Shown: piece after piece, positions 35,620 through 39,041 of the stretch
Numbering within the stretch: the first letter of the stretch is position 1
How the letters are laid out: every line of letters begins with the position of its first letter
IMG/VR virus record: IMGVR_UViG_3300032303_001112
Location: 1-39,041 of that record
From: a virus
Lineage: Duplodnaviria; Caudoviricetes
Direction: 5' to 3' (one strand)
Length of the DNA stretch: 39,041 bases
Notes under the pieces: generated by a model
What the model saw: the letters and a program-made list of their open reading frames with translations, nothing else
The model's database searches: none
Told to the model about the DNA's origin: nothing
Position numbers and translations under genes: made by a program

Positions 35620-36633
35620 TTAATCTCCTACGAGAACACCAGAATCAGAATCCACTGCCATACTGCGAAGGAAGGCTTCCTGTTGACGGGAATCCATCTC
35701 ATCGAAGGATTTCCGCTTGGCAGGTTTTTGGCTTCCACTAACAGATAGCGAGGTCTTTTTCCGAAGGTCCCCGTTTTCCTTTCTTAAAGATTCAATTTCA
35801 GTCCTCAACGCTTCCGACTCCTCCGCCGCTTTTTGCATTTTCGCAATCTGAGTGGCATAGACGAATCCGTTTGGCGTTGAATTGATAAGGTTTCGCAACG
35901 ATTCATCTTCGCTCTTGAGAATAGAGATTACTCTCTTTCCAAGATCCGATGACTCGTCCTTGAGTTCAGGATTCTCAGCGATCATGCGGTTCACGCTTGA
36001 ACCCCATGTTTCGTTAAAATCCTTGATCTTCCGTTCACCACGTTCCGCATCCATACGGATCTTCTGTTCCAGCTTGTCAGCCTGAACTCGAGCGGCTTTT
36101 GCAAGATCATCCTTACCCTCTTCCTCCCATTCACGGGCAAACTTGCGAAGTTCCTCCGGCTTGGCCGGACTTGTTGGATCGGAGGCCTTCTCGGCTTCTT
36201 CGATCTTTCTTTGGAACTCTGCTTGGATTGCACGAACTTGGGCTTTTTCAGCTTCCAGCTTTTTCCAGCTTTCAGCCAATCGAGCCTCTTCCTTTACCCG
36301 TTTAACGTCCTTAACCTCGGTCTTTTCGCTTGAGGGTTCGGAGGCGTTGAGAGACTTGGTTGCATCATCCGATACAACCTTTGAATCTTCTTTTGTTTCT
36401 TTTGAGTCAGCCGATTCTAACGAATCTTTAGCTTCCTCGGTTGTTTTAGGTTTTTCTGAGGCCCCTTGGTCCTGCGTAGCGAGTGCAGGCGATTCCGCTT
36501 TCGGCTTGTAAGGAACTCCGTCTGCTTGCGAAGCAAGCTCGCGAATCATTTCCTCAGTTACCGATTCTACCTTGGAGGAGTCTGCTGGTTCCACAACCTG
36601 CTCGACTCCGATGTTGTTGCTCTCCTCTATCAT
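35620..36633 (-). CDS. Capsid scaffolding protein
   Basis: Charged coiled coil directly upstream of capsid. Confidence 0.75.
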   Translation of the reverse strand: MIEESNNIGVEQVVEPADSSKVESVTEEMIRELASQADGVPYKPKAESPALATQDQGASEKPKTTEEAKDSLESADSKETKEDSKVVSDDATKSLNASEPSSEKTEVKDVKRVKEEARLAESWKKLEAEKAQVRAIQAEFQRKIEEAEKASDPTSPAKPEELRKFAREWEEEGKDDLAKAARVQADKLEQKIRMDAERGERKIKDFNETWGSSVNRMIAENPELKDESSDLGKRVISILKSEDESLRNLINSTPNGFVYATQIAKMQKAAEESEALRTEIESLRKENGDLRKKTSLSVSGSQKPAKRKSFDEMDSRQQEAFLRSMAVDSDSGVLVGD

Positions 36634-36661
36634 GGTTTGTCAGGTATCCTTCCCGTTTAGT

Positions 36662-36991
36662 TTAAGGCCGTAGTTTTTCGAGGAGATCAGAGACAGCCTC
36701 AGGCTCCGAGTCCTCGTTAAAATCTTCAATTTCCGATGAAGCTAGCCATTCGATAAAGACCAGTGCTTCCCGAAAACCCACTGCTTTTCCGGATTCAAAC
36801 AATCCGCCGCCCTTGAATACTGCGCTTATATCCTTACGAGTTGCCGCATTTCGCAGACAGGTGATGAACCGCTTGCCGGAGGCAGATTCAAAGAACAACT
36901 TGGTTGCGGTAGTGTCCTCCTGTTTCCAGTTGACCGATACCTCTCCAAGTTCTTTCCAGAGGCGTAAGACAGTTTTTAGTTTGTGCAACAT
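36662..36991 (-). CDS. Hypothetical protein between portal and scaffold
   Basis: Synteny. Confidence 0.65.
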   Translation of the reverse strand: MLHKLKTVLRLWKELGEVSVNWKQEDTTATKLFFESASGKRFITCLRNAATRKDISAVFKGGGLFESGKAVGFREALVFIEWLASSEIEDFNEDSEPEAVSDLLEKLRP

Positions 36992-37007
36992 ATATTATTT
37001 AGGCTTG

Positions 37008-38879
37008 TTACATCATTCCGGCCTGCGGAGCCGATTGGGTTGATGTTAAGCCCTGAGGCATCTGCCCCTGACCCTGAGCCTGCATTTGACTCTGCATAGC
37101 CTGAGCCTGCTTGCGGAGCATCCCACGAATCTGTCTTTCAGCATTCTTATCGGTCTGACCTAGGCCTTGTAGGTGTGCCTCTAGGTGTTGCCCATACAAC
37201 TGTTGAGACTGCTGAGATCCCCCGCCCTGCTGACTGAGTAGCTGAATCCTGCCAAGAAGAACTTCGAGATGGGCTTTATGATCGTCCTGAGGCTTAACCG
37301 CAACCGGATAACCACTCTCCATAATAAGATTCTCTTTAGCCTGTTCCTCTTTCTCGTCCTGACCACGGAGATTAGGATCAGTCAGAAGTTTCCCAACCAA
37401 AGCGGGATCGTCGATCTCAAGAACCGAGCGAACCAAGGAAGGCTGATCCACATAGGGATTACCCGACAAGAGTTGCATCCGGCTAAAGGCCTTTTGATAC
37501 TGGACTGCTTTATTGATTCCATCTGCCGATCCAGAGGGATGAATTGCGTATTCAACCTCCAAGGCTTCCGGAGGGATTGTCCCGAAGGCTTGATTGAAAT
37601 AGTAGTTAAGAGATTTTTTACCAAACTGACAAAGAACCGAGTAGGCCTGACGATAGACGTAGCCTAGCGAGATCCGGAAGATTCTCGCACGAAGATCCGT
37701 GGACTGACCCATAAGGGCTCCAATCTGAGAAATCTCAGTAGCGGTACGGGCATTCTTCATTCCCTGTTGTTGCCCCATACCAAAGTCCGGCATAGAGGTC
37801 AGGTACTCAGAAATCATCCGTTGGTTAATCATCTCTTGGTCAAAGCTGATAGGAGGTTGCGGCATCGTCACCGGAGATACGCCAACGGGAAGAATTGTCG
37901 CAGGACCAAACTTCAAATTGTTGGAGTTAGGAATGTCCTGCTCACAGCGGAAGAGGGGGCGATTATAGAGAGTCATTGCGTCAGCCTTTTCGTTCATCAG
38001 CTTGCACATATAGCTCTCGAAAGGAGCCACGATCTCGCAAAGCCCACGACTCGAATAAACGCCCTTGTCCTTAATCTCCATGACGAAAGGAACGAAGGGC
38101 ATCTGACCATGCTTATAGGGAAGTTCAAACGAAGGCCGGATGTCATCCTCGGGAGCTAGAGGGCTGAATGTATGAACAAGAATCTTGCCCTCTTCATCCC
38201 TCTCATAAACTTCCCAAACGATAACTTGATCTTCCTCTGCTCCAACCGTGATTCCTTCACGCCTTAACTTGATATTCTCGAGCGTCGAAAGACGGGTTCC
38301 CTCACCTGTACGGCCCTTGATCTTGCGGATCAATTCCTCGTCCTGATTGTATAGCTTGTTGGACTTGTACTGATTCAGGCTCATCTGGATCACATGGCAC
38401 AGACGATCACAATTCTTTACGTCTCTCGTATAATGCGGAACGATTGCGAACACGGGGTCAACGGAATCAAACCGAACCGACTTTGTATCTTCGTCCCAAG
38501 AAATCTTTAATAGGTTCAACCCGCTCATCAGGGTGTGGTCGATTGCAGTCAGAATCTCACTCTCGAAGTTGCTCTCCTGCTTAATACAATAATCAAACCA
38601 ACGGGAGATGCCCTGAGTAATTCCATTTGTTTGAGGTGTGGATGGAACAAACGAAGCGATCACCTCGTTGGAGAAAACCTGTTGATAGTAGAAAGGCTTT
38701 AGCTTGTTAATGATTGAATCGGCCAACGGATAGTGAAGGTCAGCCTGCCAAGGCAATTTCTTTTTGCGGCGGAGTCCGGAATGGCGCATCTCATACCAAA
38801 TCCTCTGACGCTCCTCCCAACCAGTACGAGCCCTTATGTCGTCGAGCAATGCTTTATAGAGATCGTTACGTTCCATCAT
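37008..38879 (-). CDS. Portal protein (podovirus type)
   Basis: 623 aa; PYKHGQMPFVPF, RTATEI, Gln-rich barrel tail; follows terL. Confidence 0.88.
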   Translation of the reverse strand: MMERNDLYKALLDDIRARTGWEERQRIWYEMRHSGLRRKKKLPWQADLHYPLADSIINKLKPFYYQQVFSNEVIASFVPSTPQTNGITQGISRWFDYCIKQESNFESEILTAIDHTLMSGLNLLKISWDEDTKSVRFDSVDPVFAIVPHYTRDVKNCDRLCHVIQMSLNQYKSNKLYNQDEELIRKIKGRTGEGTRLSTLENIKLRREGITVGAEEDQVIVWEVYERDEEGKILVHTFSPLAPEDDIRPSFELPYKHGQMPFVPFVMEIKDKGVYSSRGLCEIVAPFESYMCKLMNEKADAMTLYNRPLFRCEQDIPNSNNLKFGPATILPVGVSPVTMPQPPISFDQEMINQRMISEYLTSMPDFGMGQQQGMKNARTATEISQIGALMGQSTDLRARIFRISLGYVYRQAYSVLCQFGKKSLNYYFNQAFGTIPPEALEVEYAIHPSGSADGINKAVQYQKAFSRMQLLSGNPYVDQPSLVRSVLEIDDPALVGKLLTDPNLRGQDEKEEQAKENLIMESGYPVAVKPQDDHKAHLEVLLGRIQLLSQQGGGSQQSQQLYGQHLEAHLQGLGQTDKNAERQIRGMLRKQAQAMQSQMQAQGQGQMPQGLTSTQSAPQAGMM

Positions 38880-39041
38880 TTTGCGTTTCCTATTTTAATT
38901 TGTGTCTCTAAATCAATAATCGTATCGAGTGCGTCCTTACACCAGTAGGGAGCCGCATCTCTAGCTTTGTTTGCATCTGGTCTTTCCATGAGTCTTTCAG
39001 CGTTACGACTTGTCACCACTCTGGGTTGAGTTGTCGCGCAT
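38876..39041 (-). CDS. 3' part of junction-spanning lipoprotein (see 1..191)
   Basis: Frame continuous across the overlap; TGA at 38878-38876. Confidence 0.7.
   Translation of the reverse strand, partial: CATTQPRVVTSRNAERLMERPDANKARDAAPYWCKDALDTIIDLETQIKIGNAK
38919..39041. repeat. Terminal overlap identical to 1-123
   Basis: Exact match. Confidence 0.97.

Noticed and set aside
38919-39041. 123-bp terminal repeat as a biological direct terminal repeat
   Set aside because: It cuts through a lipoprotein gene; more consistent with assembler overlap of a circular contig

Overview
Complete circularly permuted genome (38,918 bp unique; bases 1-123 are repeated at 38919-39041 as an assembly overlap) of a temperate podovirus-like dsDNA phage of a probably diderm host. 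Modules: (1) minus-strand late operon from terS (2722) through terL, a holin/spanin-like cluster that crosses the contig junction, portal, scaffold, N4-gp56-type capsid, LamG and tail-fibre genes, tail tube/adaptor, three ejection proteins (largest LPD38-like), PD-(D/E)XK nuclease, 2OG-Fe(II) oxygenase and a pesticin-type endolysin; (2) plus-strand early region 3401-9007 led by ArdC-like and ArdA antirestriction genes and many tiny ORFs; (3) minus-strand recombination/replication operon (Xis-like HTH, annealase, exonuclease, DUF5664, GT9-type glycosyltransferase, DnaB) with no recognisable polymerase, primase or initiator; (4) RHH regulator, tyrosine integrase and attP. Most notable unexplained signals: a multi-stem candidate ncRNA at ~2786-3010 behind a perfectly symmetric divergent promoter shared with terS; a dispersed RTGTAASWAGC operator-like motif; apparent total absence of CCNGG and near-absence of RCCGGY; and a heptosyltransferase-like gene inside the replication operon. 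All family calls are by motif recognition, with no database searches run.
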